Shown here: one piece after another, positions 1 to 9,824 of the stretch
How positions within the stretch are numbered: the stretch's first letter is position 1
How the letters are laid out: each line of letters begins with the position of its first letter
From: a virus
IMG/VR virus record: IMGVR_UViG_3300032267_001484
Strand: one strand, 5' to 3'
Length of the DNA stretch: 64,000 nucleotides
The notes under the pieces: generated by a model
Told to the model about the DNA's origin: nothing
Databases searched by the model: none
What the model saw: the letters and a program-made list of their open reading frames with translations, nothing else
Position numbers and translations under genes: made by a program

Positions 1-777
1 GTCTGTATGTTCTAATTCAACTTTAATACCCATTCTTAATTCACTTGGGTGAATTTGATTTGGGTGAAGTGGTTGTTTTGGTTCTTTTTTCTTTCTTCCT
101 TCACTTAATCCACCTTCAAAATCATCAAATTTATACTTATCAGGACCTAATTCGTCTTCTGATCTTTTGATCATATCGTCAAACATATCATCATCCATAT
201 TGATATAGCTATCAATAAGTCTTTCAGCCATAGAACTTGGTTCAACACCATCTTTAAATGCTTTTTCTATAGCCCCATCATTTTTTCCACTATGCCATTC
301 GTTTTCGAACATTTGTTCGATTTCAGCCTCATCTAGATTATATTTTGTTCTAGCAATAGTTTCTAATTCTTCTCCTACCATTTCGTAGTAATCCCCATAT
401 GCTTCATCTCCCATAGGTTCAGAAGGACCATCATATCTTTCATACAATTCATCTTCGTATCCTTCAGTATCAACAGCATCTTGTGGGTATTGAGACATAA
501 GTACTTCTTCATCCATACCTTCTTCAGCAGCAGTTAATTTAATAGCTTCAGTATATGAATATCCTTTAATTAGATAAGATTTAATAGTATCTTTAATAGG
601 ATTACCACCCATAGCTTCATTCAATATAGCCTTATTTTTAAGAATACGAACAGCATCCTTAAATGAGGTTACATTAGTAATATATTGAGGCATACTCATA
701 CGTAAATTACGCATGAAGTTATGTTGTGACATTCTGCCTTCTTTTAAATCAATGTACTGGTTTTGTATACTTTTCAT
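1..777 (-). CDS. Acidic hypothetical virion/head protein, runs off the window edge
   Basis: Manual translation MKSIQNQYIDLKEG...GIKVELEHTD; ATG overlaps the upstream stop (TAATG); absent from the ORF track because truncated. Confidence 0.7.
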   Translation of the reverse strand, partial: MKSIQNQYIDLKEGRMSQHNFMRNLRMSMPQYITNVTSFKDAVRILKNKAILNEAMGGNPIKDTIKSYLIKGYSYTEAIKLTAAEEGMDEEVLMSQYPQDAVDTEGYEDELYERYDGPSEPMGDEAYGDYYEMVGEELETIARTKYNLDEAEIEQMFENEWHSGKNDGAIEKAFKDGVEPSSMAERLIDSYINMDDDMFDDMIKRSEDELGPDKYKFDDFEGGLSEGRKKKEPKQPLHPNQIHPSELRMGIKVELEHTD

Positions 778-1349
778 TATATTAATTTATATGTCCATTT
801 ATATTTAGCAGCAGTTTTATTTCTACCGCTTAAACAATTAGCTATACTTCCTCCTAAAACTTTTTGAGCTTCTGTTGTGGAATTCCATTCTTTAACAACT
901 ATATTCGTTTTAGGATCTATTTGTAGTATAGGTTTACTATTACTTATTCCTATTTTATCTTTCCATTTAATTTTTCTTCCTTTATGACTAATACTAATAG
1001 AAGGTTTAGAAATTCCTTTTTGTTTTTTAGATATTAATCTTTTACTATCTTCACTATGTTTATATCCATTTTTTCCTTCTCCTCCATTTGTTAGATTTAC
1101 TAATGTTCCTTTACCTAAATCTGCTCTACCATATAAAGTAATAAATTCAATTTCTTTTTCACATGCTTCTTCCCAAGTTAAATTATCTAATATTATTTCT
1201 ACTTCATATTGGGTTTTACTAATTATATTTTTCCAATATTTTGTTCTTCTTTTATTATTATATGCTCGATTATAATCAGTATCGTTTCCAACACCTATAT
1301 AAAAAGGTTCGTCTTTATCTAATCTAATATGTCTATATAAATAAGCCAT
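777..1349 (-). CDS. GIY-YIG homing endonuclease with NUMOD-type DNA-binding tail
   Basis: N-terminal YLYRH...FYIGVG, NLTNGGEG, HSEDSKRLIS (NUMOD3-like), C-terminal NUMOD1-like SIANCLSGRNKTA. Confidence 0.8.
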   Translation of the reverse strand: MAYLYRHIRLDKDEPFYIGVGNDTDYNRAYNNKRRTKYWKNIISKTQYEVEIILDNLTWEEACEKEIEFITLYGRADLGKGTLVNLTNGGEGKNGYKHSEDSKRLISKKQKGISKPSISISHKGRKIKWKDKIGISNSKPILQIDPKTNIVVKEWNSTTEAQKVLGGSIANCLSGRNKTAAKYKWTYKLI

Positions 1350-1480
1350 TATATTTTTCCCTGTCCTCTATATACACGAGATTTTCTATCGTGTTTGTTA
1401 AATGATTTTTTTGCTTTACCTTTTCTTTTTTTACCAAATGTAACTTTGCGAGCATCTCCGCCTTTAGATCCTTTTGCCAT
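1349..1480 (-). CDS. Small basic protein (43 aa) ending YRGQGK
   Basis: Manual translation MAKGSKGGDARKVTFGKKRKGKAKKSFNKHDRKSRVYRGQGKI; exactly fills the gap with TAATG overlaps at both ends. Confidence 0.75.
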   Translation of the reverse strand: MAKGSKGGDARKVTFGKKRKGKAKKSFNKHDRKSRVYRGQGKI

Positions 1481-2025
1481 TATTGATGCAAGTTTTTAAT
1501 TTTATTATTTAATTGATTTACCATTTCAGAAATTCTACCAATATTATTTTGGGTTGCTTTCCAATATGAAATTCCACCTTCATCTTCACTCAATTCTTGT
1601 TTCATACGAGAAGTATACTCAACAATACGATCAATTTCCATTAATTTACGCTTTACTTCACGAATTGCTTTATGTAATTGCTCAGATTTAGTTCTGTGCT
1701 TTACATCTTTTTTAAATTTAGAATAAGTTACTTCGTTAAGTAATTCTTGCTCAATTAGTTTTACTAATGATTCTTTGTACATCTTATATTTAGGTTTTTC
1801 AGCTGATTTCCAAATTGCTTTGTAATCTTTTACTTTAGAATCACTTGGTATTCCTGTAGGAACTAATTTCATTCCTTGAGACTTAGCAGCTTGAATAGCG
1901 GCATTTGATTTTTGTCCTTTTCTAGCAAATGCTAATGGAGTAGAATAAGCACCTGCATCGCCAGATGTAGACATTTCATCTAACAATTCGCGTACAAGTG
2001 ATTTAATATATTCTTTAATATCCAT
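1480..2025 (-). CDS. Hypothetical protein, putative head-associated
   Basis: ORF in head module; LLDE/LLNE motifs. Confidence 0.6.
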   Translation of the reverse strand: MDIKEYIKSLVRELLDEMSTSGDAGAYSTPLAFARKGQKSNAAIQAAKSQGMKLVPTGIPSDSKVKDYKAIWKSAEKPKYKMYKESLVKLIEQELLNEVTYSKFKKDVKHRTKSEQLHKAIREVKRKLMEIDRIVEYTSRMKQELSEDEGGISYWKATQNNIGRISEMVNQLNNKIKNLHQ

Positions 2026-2633
2026 TACTTAGTATTACGTAATTTTGCTAATACTTTATCAACGATTTCATCTAATTGATCAAATGATTCTTGTTGTGGT
2101 TGGGCTGCTGGTTTAGAAGCGTTAGGGCGTTGGTTTGGGTTTACTGCTCCTCCTTTTGCTGTTGTCTTTTCTCTTACGAATATTAAATAATTACCATATT
2201 TATCAGGTTGAGGTTGGCTTTTAAATTCAAATTGTGGACCTAATGTAGAGACGATATCTTTATATATCTGACCTGCTATTTGACTTATTTGCTTTTTTTC
2301 CTCAGTAGAAGGATAAGCAACAGATCCCATGTCAAGTTCTTGTATAGATTCTTTTCTTTGGATTGTTTGCCATATACCTCTATCATATACAGCAACAACT
2401 AAAACGTTGTCTTTAGTTAATACAATTTGTGCTCCATACCCAGTTTGTGGTGCTTTACTTGTAAATTGTTTACCATCAAAATTGTAAGTTGGGTTTAAGT
2501 TATATTTTTTTAAAATACTAAAGATTTTTTTAGCTACACTTTTTAATTCTAAAACATCTTCATTTAACTGTGATTCATTAATAACACCAGCTAATAGCTG
2601 CATTCTTTTGATTTCGTTGATTTGTGTTTTCAT
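2025..2633 (-). CDS. Hypothetical protein, putative internal head protein
   Basis: N-terminal INEIKRMQLLAGVINESQLNE leader. Confidence 0.55.
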   Translation of the reverse strand: MKTQINEIKRMQLLAGVINESQLNEDVLELKSVAKKIFSILKKYNLNPTYNFDGKQFTSKAPQTGYGAQIVLTKDNVLVVAVYDRGIWQTIQRKESIQELDMGSVAYPSTEEKKQISQIAGQIYKDIVSTLGPQFEFKSQPQPDKYGNYLIFVREKTTAKGGAVNPNQRPNASKPAAQPQQESFDQLDEIVDKVLAKLRNTK

Positions 2634-3487
2634 TACTTAACGCTTTTTAATTCTTCGATTAATTGATAGTATTGTAAAAGTGAAATAACATTTTCATCTT
2701 TTACAGTTTGAGTTTTATCTAATGGTTGAAGTAAAGTAATTACTTCAGCTAATTTAATCTGAGTTGTTTTATCAGATACTGTGGGAATTATTTTGGTAAT
2801 CTCTTCATTAATTATATTAAAGTTTTTATTAACAAAATCACGTAATTTAGTTGTATTAGTGATGTTATTAATAAATTCTTTTAATATTAATTTTTGGCGA
2901 TCAGATAAAGTAGCATATTTGCTGTTGAACTTTTCCAACAACATGCGATATGCTAATATGCGTGATCCAGTATCCATTTTATTGAATTCTTCCATTACAC
3001 GGTCTTTAACACCATCTTTATCAACTTCTTTACGAGTAATGTGTTCTAATAAAGTAATTTTATTATCAATAATATGCTGAGGGTCTGTAAACTCTAATGA
3101 ATTATGTGCTTCAATTAAATTAAATGCAGCAGCATACTCTTTATAATGGCTAATTTTTGCTTTAAAAAATTCCTCAATATCATAAGCTTCACGGATTTCC
3201 TTAATTAAGTTATATTTTTCTTTACGTAAAGCTGTTTTATTTAAACGCAAAGAAGCCTCTAACGTTGAATTAATAAACGTTTCGGCTTTAGCTTCACTTA
3301 ATGATTTAGGGGAAATAAGTGCTTGGTATAGTTTATATTCTTTGGCTAATTCAGATTTGCTAAAATATTTTTTAACTAAACCAATAGCGGAAGAATCTTT
3401 ATTAGATACGGTGTCAGATGCTATTTGTCTAACAAGTAGCTCAAACAATATACCCGTATTTTTAAATTTGCTGTGTTTAATTTTCAT
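2633..3487 (-). CDS. Hypothetical protein downstream of portal (head assembly region)
   Basis: 284 aa helical ORF next to portal, late-motif upstream. Confidence 0.6.
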   Translation of the reverse strand: MKIKHSKFKNTGILFELLVRQIASDTVSNKDSSAIGLVKKYFSKSELAKEYKLYQALISPKSLSEAKAETFINSTLEASLRLNKTALRKEKYNLIKEIREAYDIEEFFKAKISHYKEYAAAFNLIEAHNSLEFTDPQHIIDNKITLLEHITRKEVDKDGVKDRVMEEFNKMDTGSRILAYRMLLEKFNSKYATLSDRQKLILKEFINNITNTTKLRDFVNKNFNIINEEITKIIPTVSDKTTQIKLAEVITLLQPLDKTQTVKDENVISLLQYYQLIEELKSVK

Positions 3488-3523
3488 GATAGATAGTATG
3501 CACTACTAATAAATATTTAATTA

Positions 3524-5404
3524 TTATATATCTTTGATATTTTTTTCATCTAATAATGATGATTCCTGTTCATCAAATACTAGTTTTTTACGTTCTACAT
3601 TAATACTTTCAAGTAGTGATTTATTTCTTTTTAATTCAGCTAATGCAAGTGGTGAACCACCTTTTGGAGTTCCTTCACCAGTTTCGTTAGGAGTAGATCG
3701 TGTATTAGCACCAGCTCTACCTAATCGATCTTTACCTAATGGATCTTCTTGTGTATTAACAATTGATGGTGTTTCTTTAGGACGACCTGGTTCTTTTTCA
3801 TTATATCCTGCAGGTACAGGACCGTTTATATCCATTCCTGCTCTTCCTTTACCATACAATGCTGCTAAATCATGTGGAGTACCAAATGATCTACCAGTTT
3901 TTGCTGGGTCATTGCCTTCATTTTCAATTTGGGCTAAGCGGAATACGCGTTTTTTATCTTCAACTACAAGATCACGATATTCATCGTATTGATCTTCGCT
4001 GAATTGGAATACATTGTCATAAATCCAGTCTGAAGGTAGTAGGTTAGTGTCTTGGATTGATTTGGCTAAATCAACTTTTTCTTTCCATAATGCTACTTTC
4101 TCTTGTTCATAAACAACAGATGGAGTAGTTAAATTTAATTCAAAATTTGATAATGCCTCACCATCGTATCCTTGAACATATAGATGTACTAATGCTATTT
4201 TATATAGTTCAGATAGTGCTATACGCTGGATGCGCTCTACTGTGCGGGCGAAACGAATATCTTCAGCAGCTAATGTAGCTTTACCTTCAAGATCTTTTTC
4301 AAATCCAAAATATGCTTTTGGTACTTTAAGTGCAGCTAACATTTCATCACGTAAAAATGCTACGTCTTCAATTGCGTTATATTCAAGACCCTTAATAGTA
4401 TCAATCTTAGTTGTTGTATCGTTACCACGAGTCGGAATATAAAAATCTTCTAATATATTTTGTTGGTTATATTTTAAATTATATTCACCTGTTTGTTGGT
4501 CAATATATGGAGTTTTTTTCATTTTTTGCATCACCTTCTGCATATATCCATCAACCTCATGTGGTGGAATATTACCAACATTAATGGTAAATACACGTTT
4601 TTCCGGGGCGCGAGTAATACGATGCAATAACATTGCATCTTTCATTAGTACATACTGTTTGTATGTTTTACGAGCAGGTTCTATATATGATCTACCGTAT
4701 GGGAGATAGTTAGCATCAGCTAACAATCTAAAGTGTGCTATTTCGTAATTATCAAATATTACTTTACCATCTTTATCCTTAGGACGATCCATATAGCCAC
4801 CAGCTGTGATTACCATAGGATCAATTCTAAAACGAACTAAAGATGGGTTTTTAGGGTCTTGTCCTTCTTCACGAACCATATCATAAACAGATAATGGTGT
4901 TACATTATATATACCAAACTTATCTGCTATATCAAGGTGTAAATAATAATCACCATATTTACACATTGTTCTAACCCACAACCATAGATTAAATTCAATA
5001 TTTAATATATCATAAAATAAATTATATAAAATACGTTGGATATTTTCGTCCGCACTTTTAATTTGTAGTACTTCTCCCGCTTCGTTTTTTAAAGTAGATT
5101 CATCAGAAATAATATCAAGAGTAGAAGCAATAATAGATTCTGTATCCATAGCTTCGTAGTCAGTATATAATTGAATACGAAGTGTTTGATAGTTCATCGT
5201 TGGGTTAAAGGGCATATTAGCACCATAACGATGAAGTTTAGTAAATCTATCTATAAGAGCATTAGTTTTTACATTACCATATGATTGAATCTTATCAATA
5301 TCAATAACTTTCAATTGATTTCCACCAACATTTCTTATGATAACATCTGTACTAAACAGGCGTCTAAGTCTATCAAATAAGCCTAACTGATTGTTTTCAG
5401 CCAT
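3524..5404 (-). CDS. Portal protein, T4 gp20-like
   Basis: LLHRITRAPEKRVFTINVGN, EDFYIP, ALKVP, EDIRFART motifs typical of T4-like portals; adjacent to terminase. Confidence 0.92.
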   Translation of the reverse strand: MAENNQLGLFDRLRRLFSTDVIIRNVGGNQLKVIDIDKIQSYGNVKTNALIDRFTKLHRYGANMPFNPTMNYQTLRIQLYTDYEAMDTESIIASTLDIISDESTLKNEAGEVLQIKSADENIQRILYNLFYDILNIEFNLWLWVRTMCKYGDYYLHLDIADKFGIYNVTPLSVYDMVREEGQDPKNPSLVRFRIDPMVITAGGYMDRPKDKDGKVIFDNYEIAHFRLLADANYLPYGRSYIEPARKTYKQYVLMKDAMLLHRITRAPEKRVFTINVGNIPPHEVDGYMQKVMQKMKKTPYIDQQTGEYNLKYNQQNILEDFYIPTRGNDTTTKIDTIKGLEYNAIEDVAFLRDEMLAALKVPKAYFGFEKDLEGKATLAAEDIRFARTVERIQRIALSELYKIALVHLYVQGYDGEALSNFELNLTTPSVVYEQEKVALWKEKVDLAKSIQDTNLLPSDWIYDNVFQFSEDQYDEYRDLVVEDKKRVFRLAQIENEGNDPAKTGRSFGTPHDLAALYGKGRAGMDINGPVPAGYNEKEPGRPKETPSIVNTQEDPLGKDRLGRAGANTRSTPNETGEGTPKGGSPLALAELKRNKSLLESINVERKKLVFDEQESSLLDEKNIKDI

Positions 5405-5437
5405 TATTTTGTGTTTAATTATACCAATAAATATTTA

Positions 5438-7021
5438 TTAGCCAAGTACCCATGACATATCTTGAAATCCTCCATGTCCATCTGGTACAGTATATGGGTT
5501 TGGTATACCACTAGGTAACATTGGACCCATTTCTTGGTATCCTACTCTGGTGATATTAGATACTATAGCTCTATTTATATCTATTCCTTGTTCATAGAAT
5601 TTCATTGCTGTGTCACGTGTAAATAATCCGATTCCTAATGACATTACTAAATCGTCATTGTATCCATTTTGTGCTTGTGCTTTACCATTTTGCCAAATAA
5701 ATACACGCAATTCTTCTAATAAACGTTTTGAACGAAATATAAAAGCCTTTTCTCGAATATACGACTCCATTTTTGAGATAACAAGTGGTCTTGTTTTTGT
5801 TGATGTAGTAAAACCAGGAACTGTTTGTTCAGAATCCATTTTAGCCATCCATTTATCAATATTTACTTCACCATAAGTACGAGGTGAGTAGTATAATTTA
5901 GGATAATTTTTTTCTATAATTGTATTGACTACATCCCAACCTACGTTTGCGTTTTCTACTACAAGTAAAGCATTATTATATTCAGCAGCAACTGATACTA
6001 GCATATTTCCATATGTTCTTGTATCTATCTGTGATTTATATTCAGCCACCTGCTCACACGTTGTTGCATCGATGACATGGAAAGCAGAGTAGTCGCTGCC
6101 ATCTCCGCGAGCAACATCAGCACATACAATATAAGACTTATTATAATCAGGATACTGCCAAATCCAAAAATCACCACCCATGAAACGACGTTCGATAGGT
6201 TCTTGAATATAAGTTTGTTCATAAAATGATAATAAATCGGGTTCAACTACTGAGTTACCAGAACCTAAGAAGTCACAGTCATACTCTTGAGCAAATTCTC
6301 GAGTTGACATGTTTGCTCGTTCTCTTTCCTCCCAATTTGCATCTCTATCTGGATGGAGGTTCCAGGGTAATCTAATAGCTTTAAAGTCATTTTTGCCTAT
6401 TTCAGCTTCAGAATACATTCTATGGAACCAATTACCCACACCATTTGGAGAAGATAATGCAATAGCTCCACCACCAGTTGCAATTGTTGGTTTAATACTC
6501 GTGTATATTTTATCAACACCTTCAATAAACGCAGCCTCATCCATTAATAGTAAGGATACTGCGTAGGATCGACCTGCGTCTGATGCTGCTGAAGTAGCTA
6601 TTATGCGTGAATTATTAGCTAGCTGGAATGATAATTTGTTATTTGATAGTGGTTTTTGGTTACCTTTTAACCAACTAGGTAGATTATCATACATAAATTG
6701 TACTTTTTCTACCATTCCTCTTGCTGTTTCTTGTTTAGTTGCTATACAAAGTATAGTTTTGTCTTTGTTAAATATCATTAACCACAAAGAAAAACCAGCA
6801 ACTAACGTTGATATACCTAACTGTCTTGATTTATTAATAATACAGAAACGATTGTTTCTAAAATCATTTAATACATCTTCTTGGAAAGGGTAAAGATGAA
6901 ACAAAACTCTACCCTTAGTTGGGTGATTAATGTAACAGTATTTGCGAAAAAAGTGTGTTGGCGAAGTCGCGCATTTGATATACTCTTGTTTAATTATTTC
7001 TTTAATATTTACTTGACTCAT
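5438..7021 (-). CDS. terL: Terminase large subunit, T4 gp17-like
   Basis: KSRQLGIST Walker A, LLMDEAAF Walker B, FAQEYDCDF, ADVARG nuclease motif, NDDLVMS. Confidence 0.95.
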   Translation of the reverse strand: MSQVNIKEIIKQEYIKCATSPTHFFRKYCYINHPTKGRVLFHLYPFQEDVLNDFRNNRFCIINKSRQLGISTLVAGFSLWLMIFNKDKTILCIATKQETARGMVEKVQFMYDNLPSWLKGNQKPLSNNKLSFQLANNSRIIATSAASDAGRSYAVSLLLMDEAAFIEGVDKIYTSIKPTIATGGGAIALSSPNGVGNWFHRMYSEAEIGKNDFKAIRLPWNLHPDRDANWEERERANMSTREFAQEYDCDFLGSGNSVVEPDLLSFYEQTYIQEPIERRFMGGDFWIWQYPDYNKSYIVCADVARGDGSDYSAFHVIDATTCEQVAEYKSQIDTRTYGNMLVSVAAEYNNALLVVENANVGWDVVNTIIEKNYPKLYYSPRTYGEVNIDKWMAKMDSEQTVPGFTTSTKTRPLVISKMESYIREKAFIFRSKRLLEELRVFIWQNGKAQAQNGYNDDLVMSLGIGLFTRDTAMKFYEQGIDINRAIVSNITRVGYQEMGPMLPSGIPNPYTVPDGHGGFQDMSWVLG

Positions 7022-7035
7022 GTATATAAATATAT

Positions 7036-7063
7036 AAAAGAAACCCCAACTTACGTTGGGGTT
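7036..7063 (-). terminator. Intrinsic terminator
   Basis: AACCCCAAC-GTAA-GTTGGGGTT hairpin followed by TCTTTT on the minus strand; second hairpin CCTATGAT/ATCATAGG at 7067-7085. Confidence 0.75.
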
Positions 7064-7104
7064 GGTCCTATGATACTATCATAGGAGGGGTGCATGGGTG
7101 CAAG

Positions 7105-7497
7105 TTATTTAATAATAGTAAGTAATGTCATTCCAAGAGTAATAACCGTAGAAATTATTTTTGTATTTTTACCTCTTCTAATTAGTTTTTTATTTTTATT
7201 TTCTAAATCATAAACTAATTCACTTTGAGCATTAAATTTTAATTCCTCATTATGTAACATTTGTTGATAAACACTATCTTTGATTACATATTGTTTAATA
7301 ATGCTGTCTTTTAGTACAACTTTTTTCTGAGTGAGTTTAAGTTGTTGTTTAGTTAGGTCTAATACTTCCTTAGTACTATCGCATGATTGTATTATTTGAG
7401 TTAATCGTTGAGCAGCTTCAGGGGTAATAGTAATTTTTTGTTGTGCTTTAAGCGTAAAAGGTAATATAAAAGCTAATAATACTATTAATTTTTTCAT
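7105..7497 (-). CDS. Exported coiled-coil protein, spanin-like candidate
   Basis: Signal peptide MKKLIVLLAFILPFTLKAQ, coiled coil, hydrophobic C-terminus. Confidence 0.4.
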   Translation of the reverse strand: MKKLIVLLAFILPFTLKAQQKITITPEAAQRLTQIIQSCDSTKEVLDLTKQQLKLTQKKVVLKDSIIKQYVIKDSVYQQMLHNEELKFNAQSELVYDLENKNKKLIRRGKNTKIISTVITLGMTLLTIIK

Positions 7498-7844
7498 TTG
7501 AGTTTATTTAGAATGAATGAATCTAATTGTAAATTTTTAACATTACTAACTTTTTGGCTAATTTTGTTATATTTGTCACCAACATTTTTAATTTTATTTT
7601 CAATACTATCTATATCATGGTCAACACTATCAACCATATCTTTATACATTTCTATATTAGCATCAAGTTGGTTTTGATGTTGTCTTAATTGATTATTAGC
7701 ATCTATTAATGAATCAATAGAAGGACGATAATCAGGGATTGGCTGTGGTTTTGGAATAAGTAGTTTAATCATTCCAAAAGTAACAACAACATTCAATACA
7801 AATACTATTATATAGCCTTTAATTTTATTTAATAATTCCTGCAT
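7494..7844 (-). CDS. Membrane-anchored coiled-coil protein, i-spanin-like candidate
   Basis: N-terminal TM helix, Pro linker, coiled coil; overlaps the next gene. Confidence 0.4.
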   Translation of the reverse strand: MQELLNKIKGYIIVFVLNVVVTFGMIKLLIPKPQPIPDYRPSIDSLIDANNQLRQHQNQLDANIEMYKDMVDSVDHDIDSIENKIKNVGDKYNKISQKVSNVKNLQLDSFILNKLK

Positions 7845-8793
7845 AAAATTTCATTTTATTTATTGTCCATTCATCTAGTGGTTCTTCATCTGGTACTTCA
7901 ATCTCAGGAGCTTTATAATCTTTTGCAACTGATGGGAATTGAGAAACAATAGCCATCATTTTGTCTTCTAATCTTTTTTTAAGATCACGTAAATTTTCAA
8001 CTTCGTTACTTGGTCTATCAGCAATATCACCAGGTGTTGGTCTTGATTTTCTAGCTTTTAATATATTTGATTTTACATTAGCTAAACGACGTTCTAGTTC
8101 TTGATAAGCCATCCAAGCCTGGAATTCATCATCTGACATACTTTTTGCTGATGGGGTAGCGGCATCAATTTCAATTCCTTCTGCATCTTCCTCTTCACCA
8201 CCTGATATTGCTTTAGCAAATGAAGCATCAATTTCATCATCAGTCATATCACCAGCAATACCACCTTCTGGATCTTCATAGCCTGATGGTAATTCATCTT
8301 CGCCATCTTCCATATCATCTCCAACAGGTGCTGCAGCAGGTTCTGGTTGTGGGCGAGAAAAACGTGGTGCTCTTTGTTCACCTGCAGGTATAATAGCTCC
8401 AGATGTTACAAGAGCCATAAAATCAGCATTAATTGGGTTTTGTTTATCGTATCCTAATTCACCAGCAACATCTATTTTAGACATTGGTTCACCATTAGCT
8501 TGCATAGCAGCTAGAATTCTATTCTTTTTACCAGTAAAATCAGCTGCATTTGCATCTGGAGATAGTTGGTAGCGAATAGCTACATTGGCCATTTCATCCA
8601 AATCATTTTCAGATACTACTGATGTTCTGCCGGATGATAAATCAGTTTTTTTAGCTTGTAAAGCTTGGATTTGTTTATTAATTGAATTTAATTCTGCATC
8701 TTTAGCTGCCTTTTCTTGAGGAGTAATTTCAGCTTCATTCAATACTTCACTAAGTGCTTCGCGTATAATAGCTTCTAGTTGTGATCTTTTCAT
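7825..8793 (-). CDS. Acidic hypothetical protein, putative internal head protein
   Basis: Leader MKRSQLEAIIREALSEVLNE; ends MKFYAGIIK. Confidence 0.55.
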   Translation of the reverse strand: MKRSQLEAIIREALSEVLNEAEITPQEKAAKDAELNSINKQIQALQAKKTDLSSGRTSVVSENDLDEMANVAIRYQLSPDANAADFTGKKNRILAAMQANGEPMSKIDVAGELGYDKQNPINADFMALVTSGAIIPAGEQRAPRFSRPQPEPAAAPVGDDMEDGEDELPSGYEDPEGGIAGDMTDDEIDASFAKAISGGEEEDAEGIEIDAATPSAKSMSDDEFQAWMAYQELERRLANVKSNILKARKSRPTPGDIADRPSNEVENLRDLKKRLEDKMMAIVSQFPSVAKDYKAPEIEVPDEEPLDEWTINKMKFYAGIIK

Positions 8794-8817
8794 TTGTGAT
8801 TATTATGTATATAAATA

Positions 8818-9336
8818 TCAAATATTTTGTAAAATTGTAGCAATGCGTTCCTCAGTTGTACCTTCTACTTCAATTAGTTTTTTAGGTTTATATTCTTCCA
8901 ACGCCATTTTAATAGCAGTATCAATTTTTAGTCGATAAACTAAATCAGTTGTACGAATTCCATTATCTTCTACAGGTACTCCTCGTGGAGATACATAAAC
9001 TACTACATCATAATAGTCACGAAGATACATAGCTGCTTCAACAAATGCGCGTTTTTCCCAATCATTTATTGATTTTGCCGATAGAGTAAATGAACATACG
9101 TCCCAAATTGTGCGATCTGTAATTATATTATCACACAGCAATTCACTTGCACGTTCAGCTAAAAATACAAATTGACCACGCAATGTAGAATCAGTATTTA
9201 ATGGAATACCTAGACTATTAAGATATTTACTACGTTCAGTTTGTATATTGTGATCTTTAAAATAGTCAGTTTCACCTAATGCTTTTGCTAATGTAGTTTT
9301 ACCTACACTCATTGTACCAGCTAATCCTATTCTCAT
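8818..9336 (-). CDS. P-loop NTPase / nucleotide kinase (AAA_28/NadR-like)
   Basis: GTMSVGKTT Walker A, ITDRT, EDNGIR. Confidence 0.75.
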   Translation of the reverse strand: MRIGLAGTMSVGKTTLAKALGETDYFKDHNIQTERSKYLNSLGIPLNTDSTLRGQFVFLAERASELLCDNIITDRTIWDVCSFTLSAKSINDWEKRAFVEAAMYLRDYYDVVVYVSPRGVPVEDNGIRTTDLVYRLKIDTAIKMALEEYKPKKLIEVEGTTEERIATILQNI

Positions 9337-9554
9337 TTATTTTTATTGTTTATTTTTTTCATTTGACGTGCTGTCTTTTTAATTTGTTTTGTTTCTTTAG
9401 CACGTGCTTTAATTGCCTTATCTGCACCAGCTTTATATTTAATATCTACAGAAATAGGACCTTTGTCGAATAAATCCAAATCAAAGGTCCACGTTTCTAT
9501 AGTTTCATCATCTTCATATACACGAGTAAATTTTGTTTCTTTTACTTCTTTCAT
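9333..9554 (-). CDS. Hypothetical protein
   Basis: ORF track; promoter motif directly upstream. Confidence 0.6.
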   Translation of the reverse strand: MKEVKETKFTRVYEDDETIETWTFDLDLFDKGPISVDIKYKAGADKAIKARAKETKQIKKTARQMKKINNKNK

Positions 9555-9581
9555 ATTATAAAGATATAATTTTTATTTTGC

Positions 9582-9818
9582 CTACACACGAGCTCCAGCA
9601 GCTTTACCCGCTGATGTTTTATACCAAGGTTGTCCGTTACCATCTTTTTTAAAGTCTTCCCATTGTTGTTTAGTATACTTAATACCAAATAAATAATACT
9701 CTGACAGGCGCTTATTACCTTGAGGTATAAGTGCGGGACCATCCCAATTATGTATTTTACCATCTAAATAATAAACGATAGTTCCATCTGTTGTTTTCAT
9801 TCTCTTTACTTCTGACAT
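9582..9818 (-). CDS. Hypothetical protein with an HxxDGPA repeat unit
   Basis: GKIHNWDGPALI...EYYLFG motif. Confidence 0.65.
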   Translation of the reverse strand: MSEVKRMKTTDGTIVYYLDGKIHNWDGPALIPQGNKRLSEYYLFGIKYTKQQWEDFKKDGNGQPWYKTSAGKAAGARV

Positions 9819-9824
9819 ATAATT

